DNA of 64,000 nucleotides. Origin: Halarcobacter sp. GTDB lineage: Bacteria > Campylobacterota > Campylobacteria > Campylobacterales > Arcobacteraceae. Of this stretch, positions 43,622 to 56,150 are shown one piece after another; the first letter of the stretch is position 1; every line of letters starts with the position of its first letter. The notes beneath the pieces were generated by a model. It did no database searches, was not told the origin of the DNA, and saw nothing but the letters and a program-made list of their open reading frames with translations. The stretch covers positions 2,688,001 to 2,752,000 of the forward strand of contig CP182352.1 of assembly GCA_048571215.1 (NCBI GenBank), read 5' to 3'. Position numbers and translations under genes: made by a program.

Positions 43622-44358
43622 TTAAGAACAGCTGTAAATACCTCTTTTACAGCCCCTTTAAAAAATATTTTATCATCAACTTTAGATAATGTTAATTGCT
43701 CTTTACTTTTTGGATACACAAAACATCTATCTTCCACAAGACCTAAGTTATTTGCCCTTAGGAAACATGCAGCCATTCCTGTACCACAAGCCAAGGTTTC
43801 ACCCTCAACTCCCCTTTCATAGGTTCGTACATTGATAATACCATTTTCCACTTTTGCAAAATTTACATTTGCATTGTATTCATATCTCATTTTTGAGCAT
43901 AAATCATGGTCATATTTTTCTAAATCATCTACAATAGTAACCAAATGAGGAACCCCAGTATCTACTAAATGCCAAGTTAATCCCTCTTGGCTAAATTCAT
44001 CTTTTATAACTTTTGCTTCAGTAAGTTGTGTTGATACAATACTCTCTTCAACTTCTGATTCTATTATTCCAGCTCCTGTTAAAAACTTCATTTTAGAAGG
44101 TGCTAAGTGATTATTATAAGCATAATGGGCACAAGCTCGTGTACCATTTCCACACATAGCTGCATCGCTACCATCACTATTATAAAATAGCCACTCAAAA
44201 TCAGCATCATCACTTGGAATAATTACAATTAATCCATCAGCACCAATCCCCTCTGTTCTATTGCAAAGTTTAATTGCTTCTTTGGAATAATCTTTTTTTA
44301 CAAATGTATGAAAAATCACAAAATCATTTCCACTTGCACTATATTTTTTATAAGTCAT
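43618..44358 (-). CDS. dapF: Diaminopimelate epimerase
   Basis: GNDF, NSDGS..MCGNG, TYERGVEGETLACGTG. Confidence 0.95.
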   Translation of the reverse strand: MTYKKYSASGNDFVIFHTFVKKDYSKEAIKLCNRTEGIGADGLIVIIPSDDADFEWLFYNSDGSDAAMCGNGTRACAHYAYNNHLAPSKMKFLTGAGIIESEVEESIVSTQLTEAKVIKDEFSQEGLTWHLVDTGVPHLVTIVDDLEKYDHDLCSKMRYEYNANVNFAKVENGIINVRTYERGVEGETLACGTGMAACFLRANNLGLVEDRCFVYPKSKEQLTLSKVDDKIFFKGAVKEVFTAVLK

Positions 44359-44945
44359 AAAACCTCCTTTATAACTCTTTCAACCTCTTTTTGTAGAGTT
44401 TTTAAATTTGTTGAATTATCAATAACAAAATCTGCTAAAGCTTTTTTCTCTTCTATATCCATTTGATTAGATATTTTTAATTTAGCTTCACTCTCATCTA
44501 TATTATCCCTTTGCATCAACCTCTTTATTTGTAACTCTTTTGGAGTATATACAACTAAAGATTTAGGTATTGGATAATGCATTTTCTCAAAAAATAGTGG
44601 AATATCTATGAAATAAGGTTTATTTTGCTTTTCAAATATTTCTGATTCTTTTATAATCTCTTGTTTTATCAAAGGATGAATAAAAGCCTCTAGTTTTAAT
44701 TTTTCCTCTTCATTAGAGAAAATAAGAGGTGCTAACTTCTTTCTTAGAACCTTTCCATCTTCTACATACTCTTCACCAAACATAGTAGCAATTTTACTAC
44801 TATACTTATCTAAAAGCATATGTGCAATTTTATCAGCATCTATAGTTAGAAATCCATGTAATTTAAATAAACTACAAACTGTACTTTTTCCTGTTGCTAT
44901 ACCACCTGTTAAGGCTATAGCATTTTTAAATAAATCATTACTCAT
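44355..44945 (-). CDS. coaE: Dephospho-CoA kinase
   Basis: LTGGIATGKST, DADKIAH, IHPLI, DIPLFFE. Confidence 0.95.
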   Translation of the reverse strand: MSNDLFKNAIALTGGIATGKSTVCSLFKLHGFLTIDADKIAHMLLDKYSSKIATMFGEEYVEDGKVLRKKLAPLIFSNEEEKLKLEAFIHPLIKQEIIKESEIFEKQNKPYFIDIPLFFEKMHYPIPKSLVVYTPKELQIKRLMQRDNIDESEAKLKISNQMDIEEKKALADFVIDNSTNLKTLQKEVERVIKEVL

Positions 44946-45000
44946 AGTAAATATTTTACTATAAGAATGATTTAATTTTGATTATTTAATTATAAAATAG

Positions 45001-45543
45001 TTATCTTTTTGCAATACCAGTTAAAGCTCTGTGTTGTGCTGCAGGAAATACAAATGAAGCGTGGTGAATCTCAGTAGAGTAATATTCTAAATCATTCAAT
45101 AAGTCAGATCTTTGTAAGATAATATCTGCTGTTGGATGATATTTTTTTGAAGCTAAAATTGCAGTATTGTGTCCAAATCTATAAGGCATAACTATCCAAA
45201 AGTTTTTGCCAACAAGCTCTAAATCAGCTTTTAATTTTTCTTGATCATTGTGAAAGCTCTCTGTAGAAAAAGCAATTACCCCATCATCTTTTAAAACTCT
45301 TTGAATATTTGCTAAAATCATATCATCTAGATTTCCATCAGTAAAAATTATTACATCTATGTTTTTTTCATTTTTTGAAGTTAAAATAGAGATATCTCCA
45401 AACTCTATATTTCCAGTATGCTTAGAAGCTTGTTCTTTAATTCCATCAGTTATATTTCCCACGATTAAAACATTTTGTGCTTCTTTGTGTGTACATAAAG
45501 GAGTATGTACAATCATCTCATTAAATGCTTGGTTTTCACTCAT
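45001..45543 (-). CDS. Truncated/degenerate spermidine synthase-like protein
   Basis: EMIVHTPLCTH..NVLIVG, YYSTEIHHASFVFP; lacks the GGGDGG motif. Confidence 0.7.
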   Translation of the reverse strand: MSENQAFNEMIVHTPLCTHKEAQNVLIVGNITDGIKEQASKHTGNIEFGDISILTSKNEKNIDVIIFTDGNLDDMILANIQRVLKDDGVIAFSTESFHNDQEKLKADLELVGKNFWIVMPYRFGHNTAILASKKYHPTADIILQRSDLLNDLEYYSTEIHHASFVFPAAQHRALTGIAKR

Positions 45544-45705
45544 TTATACTAGTCCTTACTTTTTAATAAATTTTCGATATAATACCAAAAAAATTTTAAA
45601 TAACACTAGTTTATAAAAAGGTGTAGATTTTTTACAGCTATATTTAATAGTCGTATCATAAAGTATCACTTTTTTATGCAAAAGCAATAATATAGAAGGA
45701 AAAGA

Positions 45706-46701
45706 ATGTCAACAGTTAGTTATAAGGATGCTGGAGTAGATATTGATGCTGGTAACCAATTTGTAGAAAATATTAAACCATATGTTAAATCTACTCTAAT
45801 CCCTGGAGTATTAGGTGGAATTGGTTCATTTGCAGGTGCATTTGAACTTCCAAGTGGTTACAAGAAACCAGTATTACTATCAGGAACTGACGGAGTTGGT
45901 ACAAAACTAAAACTTGCAATTGATTCAAAAAAATTTGATACAGTTGGTATAGATTTAGTGGCAATGTGTACAAATGATTTATTATGTAATTTTGGAGAAC
46001 CTTTATTTTTCCTTGATTATTATGCAACAGCAAAACTTGAAGTAGATGAAGCTACTGATGTGGTAAAAGGTATAGCTGAGGGTTGTATTAGAAGTGAATG
46101 TGCACTTGTTGGTGGTGAAACGGCTGAGATGCCAGGTATGTACAAAGAGGGGGATTTTGATTTAGCTGGTTTTTGTGTTGGTATTGCAGAAAAAGATGAG
46201 TTAAATAGAATTGATAAAATCAGTGCAGGTGATACTTTAATAGCACTACCAAGTTCTGGAATCCACTCAAATGGATTTAGCTTAGTAAGAAAACTTCTTT
46301 TAGAAAAACTTGGTATGACATTAGAAGATGATTTTGATGGGAAAATCCTAAAAGATGTTCTTTTAGAACCAACAAGAATCTATGTAAAAGAGTTCAAAGC
46401 AAATAAAGATAAAATCAATGCCTTAGCTCATATTACAGGTGGTGGTATCACTGAAAATTTACCAAGAGTACTTCCTGATAACTTAAAAGCAATTGTAGAT
46501 AGAAGTAAAATAAAAGTTCTACCAATATTTGAATTTATGTCTCAATTTGTAGAAGTTGAAGAGATGTATAGAACTTTTAATATGGGTGTTGGTATGGTTT
46601 TAGTTGTAAATCCTGCAAATGTAGATGCTATTTTAGCTAATACTGATGGTTATGTTATTGGAGAAATTGCTGAGGGTGAGAAGGGTGTAGAGTTTATATA
46701 A
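45706..46701 (+). CDS. purM: AIR synthase
   Basis: YKDAGVDIDAG, DGVGTK, GGETAEMPG, HITGGG, TFNMGVG. Confidence 0.97.
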   Translation: MSTVSYKDAGVDIDAGNQFVENIKPYVKSTLIPGVLGGIGSFAGAFELPSGYKKPVLLSGTDGVGTKLKLAIDSKKFDTVGIDLVAMCTNDLLCNFGEPLFFLDYYATAKLEVDEATDVVKGIAEGCIRSECALVGGETAEMPGMYKEGDFDLAGFCVGIAEKDELNRIDKISAGDTLIALPSSGIHSNGFSLVRKLLLEKLGMTLEDDFDGKILKDVLLEPTRIYVKEFKANKDKINALAHITGGGITENLPRVLPDNLKAIVDRSKIKVLPIFEFMSQFVEVEEMYRTFNMGVGMVLVVNPANVDAILANTDGYVIGEIAEGEKGVEFI

Positions 46702-46723
46702 AATTTTACTAAAAAAATTAATT

Positions 46724-46757
46724 AAAAGGTAAGTTCTTAAGAACTTGCCTTTTTTTA
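46724..46757 (+). terminator. Rho-independent terminator after purM (probably bidirectional)
   Basis: AAAAGGTAAGTTC-TTAA-GAACTTGCCTTTT plus T tract. Confidence 0.7.
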
Positions 46758-47459
46758 TACCTCTTCCATCTCAATAAATAAAAAATGGGAATTTGTAAGG
46801 GCATTTATCGTTAATTTTTCCTCTTTTGTTATCTCTGCTGCATCACCACTTTTTAACTCAATCCCATTTACACTTGAACTACCTTCAATTTGTGCAAAAT
46901 ATACTTGTCTTTGTTTTTTTATTTCAAAATCTAAACTTTTAGATTGATCTAATTGGCTAACATAAAAGTTAACATCTTGATAGATTTTAATTTTTGCATC
47001 CCCTTCTTGTGATGATACAATATTTAAAATTTTATTTTTTCTTTCATCTTCTGTAAATCTATGTGAACCATAAAGTCTTGGCAAGCCTGCCTTTGGGGGT
47101 ATAATCCAAATTTGAAGGAGTCTTAAATCTTTGCTTTCATGCAAATTATGTTCACTGTGATAGATACCATCACCTGCACTTAAGTATTGAACCTCACCTC
47201 TTTTTAAAGTTTCACTGTTTCCCATAGAATCTTTATGAGTTATTTCACCATCAATAACATATGAAACAATTTCCATATTTGCATGGGAGTGAGTATCAAA
47301 ACCTGAGTTTGGATGGATAATATCATCATTTAAAACCCTTAATACTCCAAAATTTATATTATCATGATTTATATACTCTGCAAAAGAGAAGTGAAACCTA
47401 CTTTCTAACCAACCAAGATTAGATTTACCCATATTGTTTTTATCTAATTTTTTTACCAT
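46755..47459 (-). CDS. Pirin-family protein (YhhW-like)
   Basis: FHFSFAEY, GFDTHSH, HKDSMGN, SAGDGIYHSE, LQIWI. Confidence 0.9.
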   Translation of the reverse strand: MVKKLDKNNMGKSNLGWLESRFHFSFAEYINHDNINFGVLRVLNDDIIHPNSGFDTHSHANMEIVSYVIDGEITHKDSMGNSETLKRGEVQYLSAGDGIYHSEHNLHESKDLRLLQIWIIPPKAGLPRLYGSHRFTEDERKNKILNIVSSQEGDAKIKIYQDVNFYVSQLDQSKSLDFEIKKQRQVYFAQIEGSSSVNGIELKSGDAAEITKEEKLTINALTNSHFLFIEMEEV

Positions 47460-47461
47460 TT

Positions 47462-47965
47462 TCAATCCTTTAATAATTGAACATATTGTTTTAAAATCCT
47501 TTTTGAACTATCTTTTCTTAGTTGTTTTTCATATGTTGTTATTATTTCCCTTGGCATAACAATAGCACCCAATCTTGTAAACTGTATTCTCATCGCATTT
47601 ATACCATCACAACCATTGCTTCCAGAATGTGTTGCAAGTTGTATTTTTTTCATACTAAATAAGCTTCTAAAGTCATCCCCTATTCTTGATATCCAAGCTA
47701 TCATATTTACTAAAACAGGAGCCAAAGAAAAATTATACTCGGGTGATACAAAAATATACCCATCAACTTTTTTCATTTTTTCTGTTAAATCTAAAGCTTT
47801 TTTTGGTATTCCATCATTTTGCTCTTTTAAACTATCATACATAGGTAGCTCTAAATCAACTAAATTTATTATTTCACTTTTTACATTTTCTTCATCTAAT
47901 TGTTCTTGCAAAATATTTGCAAGTTTCATATTTTCGTTTAAACTTGATACAAATATAAGTATCAT
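47462..47965 (-). CDS. NADPH-dependent FMN reductase family
   Basis: LPMYD, VSPEYNFS, THSG. Confidence 0.85.
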   Translation of the reverse strand: MILIFVSSLNENMKLANILQEQLDEENVKSEIINLVDLELPMYDSLKEQNDGIPKKALDLTEKMKKVDGYIFVSPEYNFSLAPVLVNMIAWISRIGDDFRSLFSMKKIQLATHSGSNGCDGINAMRIQFTRLGAIVMPREIITTYEKQLRKDSSKRILKQYVQLLKD

Positions 47966-47967
47966 AA

Positions 47968-48741
47968 CTACTCCTTAAATATTATTGTATCCATTGACTG
48001 GTTACTATACATATACACATCATTCAAAGATTTTCCAACCTTAGTTTTAGATGCACCTAAACTTACAAACAAAGGTAAGAAATGCTCCAATGTCGGATGA
48101 TTTTGTACAAGATATGGAGCTTTTTTTCTATAATCTATTAGAGAATTTATATCTGCACTTTCTAACTTTTCAACTATCCAATTTCTAAACTCTTTTGCAT
48201 AGGGTTTTACAAAACTATTATTATCCCAGTTTGAATCCCTAAGATTATGTGTCATAGTTCCACTAGATATAATTAGAGTATCATTTTTTAATTTTCCTAA
48301 AATCTCTCCCAGTCTAACTAATTCTTTTGAATCATAATTTACACTTAAAGATATTTGCAAAACAGGTATATCTGCATCTGGATACATTAGTTTTAAAATA
48401 GTCCAAACTCCATGATCATAGCCACCTCTCGTTTTGTCTTTTAAAATATCTATATTATTCTCTTTAAGCAACTCTACTATTTCATCACTTTTACTTTTAC
48501 TACTTTTTGCTTCATAAGTTTGTTCATATAACTCTTTTGGGAAATTATAAAAATCATAAATTGTATAAGGTTTATCTTCATATAAAATCTTTAAGCCATT
48601 AGTTACCCAATGGGCAGATATTACCAAGATATATTTAGGTTTTTCAAATGTTGAGGGTAATTTTTTCAAAAATTCAGTAGTCCCATTATTCATCATTATC
48701 AAAGCAGGACTACCATGTGAAATAAATAAACTTGGTAACAT
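47968..48741 (-). CDS. DODA/LigB-type extradiol dioxygenase (YgiD-like)
   Basis: FISHGSP, ISAHW, DHGVW, SGTMTHNL, HPTLEHFLPL; start moved to ATG 48741 after AAGGA. Confidence 0.9.
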   Translation of the reverse strand: MLPSLFISHGSPALIMMNNGTTEFLKKLPSTFEKPKYILVISAHWVTNGLKILYEDKPYTIYDFYNFPKELYEQTYEAKSSKSKSDEIVELLKENNIDILKDKTRGGYDHGVWTILKLMYPDADIPVLQISLSVNYDSKELVRLGEILGKLKNDTLIISSGTMTHNLRDSNWDNNSFVKPYAKEFRNWIVEKLESADINSLIDYRKKAPYLVQNHPTLEHFLPLFVSLGASKTKVGKSLNDVYMYSNQSMDTIIFKE

Positions 48742-48810
48742 TAAGATTCCTTTTAAGTGTCCCACTTAAAAGGGACCTTTCTTTCTTCTTTCTCTTCTTT
48801 TTAGCTAAGC

Positions 48811-49407
48811 TTATTTAGCCAAAATTCCCTCTAAAGTTACATCGATTTTTACATCTTCACCAACAACAACGCCACCTGTTTCAATAACCTTGTTCCAATT
48901 TACACCATAATCTTTTCTATTAATTTTTCCACTAATCTCTAATCCAACTCTTTTATTTCCCCAAGGGTCAGTAATAGCACCTGTTTTTTCAATATCAAAA
49001 GCAACATCTTTAGTTACCCCTCTCATTGTAAATTTACCATAAGCTTTTCCATCTTCTATCTTATTTACAACAAATAAAATATTTGGATATTTTTCTGCAT
49101 TAAAAAAGTCTGCTGATTTTAAATGTCCATCCCTTTTTGCATTTTCAGTATTTATAGAAGCTACTTCAACAACACCATTTATACTTTGTAGTTTTCCAGT
49201 TTTTTCATCATATTCAAATGAACCACTAAATTTATCAAATTTACCTCTAACACTTGAAATCATCATATGTTTTACTTTAAAACCTATATTTGAATGAGAC
49301 GCATCAACTTTATATGTTCCTGCATACAAAGCACCCACTGTTAAACCTATAACTAAACCTAACTTTACCACTTTACTCATAAATGAAACTGCACTATTCT
49401 TTACCAT
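48811..49407 (-). CDS. YceI-family periplasmic isoprenoid/quinone-binding protein
   Basis: VDASHSNIGFKVKHMMIS, RDGHLKSADFF, DPWG. Confidence 0.92.
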   Translation of the reverse strand: MVKNSAVSFMSKVVKLGLVIGLTVGALYAGTYKVDASHSNIGFKVKHMMISSVRGKFDKFSGSFEYDEKTGKLQSINGVVEVASINTENAKRDGHLKSADFFNAEKYPNILFVVNKIEDGKAYGKFTMRGVTKDVAFDIEKTGAITDPWGNKRVGLEISGKINRKDYGVNWNKVIETGGVVVGEDVKIDVTLEGILAK

Positions 49408-49446
49408 TTTCCGTCCTTTTTTATTTAAATTTGATGATTATTAAAA

Positions 49447-49899
49447 TCATTGTGATTTATGTAATTTCCTTAATAAATCATACAAGGTTTCTATTTCCTC
49501 TTTTGATAAAGCTTTAAAATGCTCTTCAAAATTTTTCGCATGATTTGGAAACAACTCTTCAATTATCTTTTTTCCCTTTGAAGTGATAGATAATATTGAT
49601 GCTCTTTTATCTTTTTGATCTGCTGAAGCACAAATAAGACCATCCCTTTTTAAATTTCGCACAACAACTGTAATATTACCCGGAGTACTCATAGTTAACT
49701 TAGTAATTGCTCCAATATTAAGATCTCCCCTATGATACAAAACTTCTAAAACCTGAAATTGAATCATAGTAAGATTAAAACCTAATATATATTGGGTCTC
49801 TTTAGTTCTTATTTTAGTATATGCCCTAAAAAGTTGTACCCAAGTTTGCATAGATAAATCACTTAGTTCTCCATAGCTTTTAACTTTTTCTAGTTTCAT
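49447..49899 (-). CDS. MarR-family regulator (MhqR-like)
   Basis: QFQVLEVLYHRG, GNITVVVRNL, DKRASILSIT. Confidence 0.9.
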   Translation of the reverse strand: MKLEKVKSYGELSDLSMQTWVQLFRAYTKIRTKETQYILGFNLTMIQFQVLEVLYHRGDLNIGAITKLTMSTPGNITVVVRNLKRDGLICASADQKDKRASILSITSKGKKIIEELFPNHAKNFEEHFKALSKEEIETLYDLLRKLHKSQ

Positions 49900-49916
49900 A
49901 TTTAACTCCTAATGAA

Positions 49917-49977
49917 AGTATAGTACTAATTAGTACTAATTGTCAAGGGCTAAATCAAAAAATATTACTAATTAGTA
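49917..49977 (-). promoter_or_regulatory. Sigma70 promoter with two palindromic operators
   Basis: -35 TTGACA (49941-49946) and -10 TATACT (49917-49922), 18 bp apart; perfect palindrome TAGTACTAATTAGTACTA (49921-49938) between them; second TACTAATTAGTA at 49966-49977. Confidence 0.75.
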
Positions 49978-50064
49978 TCATATTTTCTCAAAAAAACCAG
50001 TTTTTATGGTAATTAAAAAATTTATAAATTTTTTTGAAATTTGTTTTAAGGAGTGGTTTTAGAG

Positions 50065-50093
50065 ATAAAAGGGTAGAGAAACTACCCTTTTAT
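50065..50093 (-). terminator. Terminator of the H1-like gene
   Basis: ATAAAAGGGTAG-AGAAA-CTACCCTTTTAT. Confidence 0.7.
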
Positions 50094-50099
50094 TTTAAA

Positions 50100-50288
50100 T
50101 TATGCAGCTTTTTTTGCAGCTTTTTTTGCAGCAGCTTTAGCTTTTTTTGGTTTAGTTAATTTTAGTTTAGAAACTTTTTTTGCAACTTTTTTTGCAACTT
50201 TTTTTACATCACTTTTTTTCTTTGCAACTTTTTTTGCAGCTTTAGTAGCTATCTTTTCAACTTTTTTATCTTTTAATGCTTTTGCCAT
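50100..50288 (-). CDS. Lys/Ala-rich histone H1-like small protein
   Basis: 62 aa of AAKK/VAKK repeats; AAGGAG RBS; own terminator. Confidence 0.75.
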   Translation of the reverse strand: MAKALKDKKVEKIATKAAKKVAKKKSDVKKVAKKVAKKVSKLKLTKPKKAKAAAKKAAKKAA

Positions 50289-50471
50289 ATTGGCTCCTTT
50301 TTTATTATAGTATAAATCTATTACATATTGTAAATAGTAATATATTATAGAGAATTATAGTTGAATAAATAATTTTTGTCAAGTATATTTATTTGAAATT
50401 TTATTTAACCATTTAATAAACTAAATTTAGATACTATATCCCGTTTTACTAAAAGGTTATAAGGAATTAAT

Positions 50472-51580
50472 ATGTTATTGACACCAGGACCAACACCTGT
50501 ACCAGAGTTTGTTAGAAAAGCTATGGCCGATGTAACTATTCATCATAGAACTCCTGAATTTGAAAAAATTTTTGAAGAAACTAGAGAACTATTATTTGAA
50601 CTTTATGGAATGGATGAAGTTATAATGTTAGCATCAAGTGGTTCAGGGGCTATGGAAGCATGTGTTACAAATCTTACAATTAAAAAGGCACTAACAATAA
50701 ACTCAGGAAAGTTTGGTGAAAGATTTGGAAAAATTTGCAAAGCGTTTAATATTGATTATCATGAAATAAAAAATGAATGGAACACTCCTGTAAGTGTAGA
50801 AGATATTTTAGAAGTAATAAAAAATGATAGTGATATAGATGCAATTTTTATCCAAATTTGTGAGAGTGCTGGAGGTCTAAGACACCCAGTTGAAAAGATT
50901 GCACAAGAGGTTAAAAAACTAAATAAAGATATTACAATAGTTGCAGATGGAATTACAGCAATTGGTGTTGAGAAAATAGATACTACAAATTTAGATGCTG
51001 TTATAACAGGAAGTCAAAAAGCACTAATGTTACCTCCTGGTCTTGCAATGATAGGTTTAAGTAATAAAGCAGTTGCAAAAATAGAAGAGAACCAAAAAGG
51101 TTTTTATTTTAATTTAGCAACAGAAATAAAAAAACAAAAAACAAATACAACAGCATGGACAGCAGCAACTACGCTAATCATAGGTTTAAAAGAGATATTA
51201 TCTCATATCAAACAAAATGGTGGATTAGAGAGTTTATATAAAAATACAGCTGCTAGAGCAAATGCAAGTAGAGAAGCTTTAAAAGCAATTGGGTGTGAGA
51301 TATATCCAAAATCTCCAGCAAATGCAATGACAACTGTTTATACTGAACATGCACCAGCAATAAGAAAAATTTTAAAAACAAAATATAATGTAAATATTGC
51401 AGGTGGACAAGACCATATAAAAGCACTTATTTTTAGAATCAATCATATGGGACTGGTTGAAGACTTTGAAGCTTCATGGGTTATAAATGCCGTAGAGCTT
51501 GCGATGGATGAATTGGGTTTAAGAGAGTTTGATGGTACAGCAAATAAAGTTTTTTTACAAAACTTATTTAAAGGAAACTA

Positions 51581-51581
<1 letters not shown>
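50472..51581 (+). CDS. Class V PLP aminotransferase (serine-pyruvate/alanine-glyoxylate type)
   Basis: LLTPGPTPVP, SGSGAME, GSQKALMLPPG, FRINHMG. Confidence 0.9.
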
Positions 51582-53682
<2,101 letters not shown>

Positions 53683-53686
53683 GCCA

Positions 53687-54238
53687 ATGAGAATGAAATT
53701 ACACCATACACCATATATTGCAAGAAGAGTTTCAAGAGATTTGGTAACCTGCGAATTCGTTGAAATTAGAAAAACGAAAGATGAGATTACTGATGAGATT
53801 GAAAAGATTTTAGATATAGATATTGAAAATGAACATGATTTAGATGAAAAAGTTGGAGAGATTTTAGAGTCTCAAGAAGAAAACATAGAGTTTTACAATG
53901 CTGATTATAGACAATTATTTTGGCTAACTAAAAAAAGGTTGGCAAACGATTTTGGTGTTATTTTAAACAATGAAGATAGATTTTCAGATATAGCACATAA
54001 AATTTTAGACTATCTTTGGGAAGAGGATTATATCCATTATACTTGTTCAGATAATCAAGTAAAAAATGTGATTTTTTCTTCAATTGATGAGTTTTTAAAA
54101 GGTTTTGAAGATGCAGATAACGAAGTTATGGAAAAAATTAAACACTACAAAAGAAGATTAATACCAGGAACTGAGGAGTATGATATTGTATATCATAGAT
54201 TATACGAAGAAGAACTAATAAAAAGAGGATTGATGTAA
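53687..54238 (+). CDS. DUF507-family protein
   Basis: PYIARRVSRDL, RFSDIAHKI, YKRRLIPGTEEY. Confidence 0.8.
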   Translation: MRMKLHHTPYIARRVSRDLVTCEFVEIRKTKDEITDEIEKILDIDIENEHDLDEKVGEILESQEENIEFYNADYRQLFWLTKKRLANDFGVILNNEDRFSDIAHKILDYLWEEDYIHYTCSDNQVKNVIFSSIDEFLKGFEDADNEVMEKIKHYKRRLIPGTEEYDIVYHRLYEEELIKRGLM

Positions 54239-54239
54239 T

Positions 54240-55364
54240 ATGCAAAAAGCATGGATTTATTTAGAAAATGGAACTTTTTTAGAGGCTAATTCTTTTGGTG
54301 CAACTGGAACATCAGTTGGAGAAATAGTATTTAATACTTCATTAACAGGTTATCAAGAGATAATCACAGATCCAAGTTATGCTGGACAATTTGTAACATT
54401 TACAATGCCAGAGATTGGAAATGTTGGTGTAAATGAAAATGACATGGAAAGTTCTACTGCTCATTGTAAAGGTGTATTAGTTAGAAATTACCATCATGAA
54501 TACTCAAATTTTAGAGCACAAGGTGATTTAGACTCACATTTAAAAGAGCATAATGTATTAGGTATTTGTAATATTGATACAAGATATCTAACAAAAATGC
54601 TAAGGGATGAAGGGGCTATGATGATGATAGCTTCAACAGAAATAAATGATAAAGATGAATTAGCTAAAAAACTAGCAGAATCTCCTAGAATCGAAGATAT
54701 CAACTATATCAAAGAGGTATCTACAAAAGAGTCTTATATCCATAAATTTGGAGCATGGAACCATGATAATTTAGCTTACAATAAAGCAGTAATGAGTGAT
54801 AAAAAAATCGTAGTAATCGATTTTGGTGTAAAAAGAAATATCTTAAATGAGTTAGTTGAATCTGGACTTGAAGTGGAAGTTATCCCTTCAACATTCCAAG
54901 CAGAAGATTTAATAGCAAGATTTGAAGCAGGTGAGATTGGTGGTGTTTTCTTATCAAATGGACCAGGTGACCCGCTAACACTTACAGAAGAGAAAGCACA
55001 AGTTCAAAAACTATTAGATAAAAACATCCCAATGTTCGCAATTTGTCTAGGGCACCAAATGTTATCAATAGCTCATGGTTATGATACATATAAACTAAAA
55101 TTTGGACAACATGGTGGAAACCATCCAGTAGCAAATCCAGAAACAAAAGTTGTAGAGATAACAGCACAAAATCATAACTATAATGTTCCAGATAATATTA
55201 TTGAAATAGCAGAAGTAACTCATATGAATCTATTTGATAATACTATTGAGGGTGTAAAGTATAAAGATAAACCAATTTTTTCAGTACAACATCACCCAGA
55301 AGCTAGTCCTGGACCACATGAGAGTAAATATATTTTTAAACAGTTTGCAGAAATAGTGAAATAA
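54240..55364 (+). CDS. carA: Carbamoyl-phosphate synthase small subunit
   Basis: GEIVFNTSLTGYQE, LSNGPGDP, ICLGHQ, HGGNHP, QHHPEASPGP. Confidence 0.97.
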   Translation: MQKAWIYLENGTFLEANSFGATGTSVGEIVFNTSLTGYQEIITDPSYAGQFVTFTMPEIGNVGVNENDMESSTAHCKGVLVRNYHHEYSNFRAQGDLDSHLKEHNVLGICNIDTRYLTKMLRDEGAMMMIASTEINDKDELAKKLAESPRIEDINYIKEVSTKESYIHKFGAWNHDNLAYNKAVMSDKKIVVIDFGVKRNILNELVESGLEVEVIPSTFQAEDLIARFEAGEIGGVFLSNGPGDPLTLTEEKAQVQKLLDKNIPMFAICLGHQMLSIAHGYDTYKLKFGQHGGNHPVANPETKVVEITAQNHNYNVPDNIIEIAEVTHMNLFDNTIEGVKYKDKPIFSVQHHPEASPGPHESKYIFKQFAEIVK

Positions 55365-55394
55365 TTAAAGTAAAGGAAAATCCTTTACTTTAAT
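55364..55394. terminator. Bidirectional terminator hairpin
   Basis: ATTAAAGTAAAGGA-AAA-TCCTTTACTTTAAT between convergent genes. Confidence 0.65.
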
Positions 55395-55933
55395 AAGCTT
55401 GCAAATCTTTCATCATTAATGATATCAGTTATTAACTGTTTAACTGACGGTTGAAATGTACTTCCCATATTATTACATGCAGTATATGCTAAAAATGATG
55501 AACTATAATCTTTTTTAGTAGTAACTGTAAACTCTTCTCCATTTGATGAAGAAACTTTAATTTTGAACTTCCAATAAGCATCTCCTAACATTGAACTACC
55601 AACAACTTCTTCTAAATAACCATTAATTTTAATTTTTGACTTTTCATCATATAATCCTGCCATCATAAGTTCTTCTTTTAATGCTTTTTCAATATAAGTT
55701 TCGTAAGATTCATCATTAGGAGTTGTAATAGTCTCAGCTAACCTACATAAAGTTGAATGTTGTCCAGGATTTTTTGCACTAAACGAAGAGACTCCTATTT
55801 TTGTATTTTTATATTTTTTTAAAGTTTGTACATTTTGTGCAGATGCACTATATTCGCTAGATTTTATACCACAACCTGTAAATAATATTGCTGATGAAGC
55901 AATTATTAATCCAAGATTTACATATTTTTTCAT
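55385..55933 (-). CDS. Hypothetical lipoprotein
   Basis: Lipobox FTGC; AAGGA RBS; two further Cys. Confidence 0.75.
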   Translation of the reverse strand: MKKYVNLGLIIASSAILFTGCGIKSSEYSASAQNVQTLKKYKNTKIGVSSFSAKNPGQHSTLCRLAETITTPNDESYETYIEKALKEELMMAGLYDEKSKIKINGYLEEVVGSSMLGDAYWKFKIKVSSSNGEEFTVTTKKDYSSSFLAYTACNNMGSTFQPSVKQLITDIINDERFASLLK

Positions 55934-56150
55934 TTTATTCCTTTAGTATTATATTTTATTATTAATTATATAAAAATAATACTTAATACTCTACAACTAC
56001 GCTATCATGAATATAAAGGTAATCCATCAGAAATAAGTTGTAATTACTTTTTATAAAACTCTTAGAATTTTATCTCATAAAGATTCTACTAACAGAATAT
56101 GTATTAAAAAAATGTAATTTGAGTAAATTGTCTCTGAGATTTATAGATAG

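Noticed and set aside
50140..50250. GCAACTTTTTT tandem repeats as a DNA repeat or phase-variation tract
   Set aside because: Explained by the VAKK/AAKK codons of the H1-like protein
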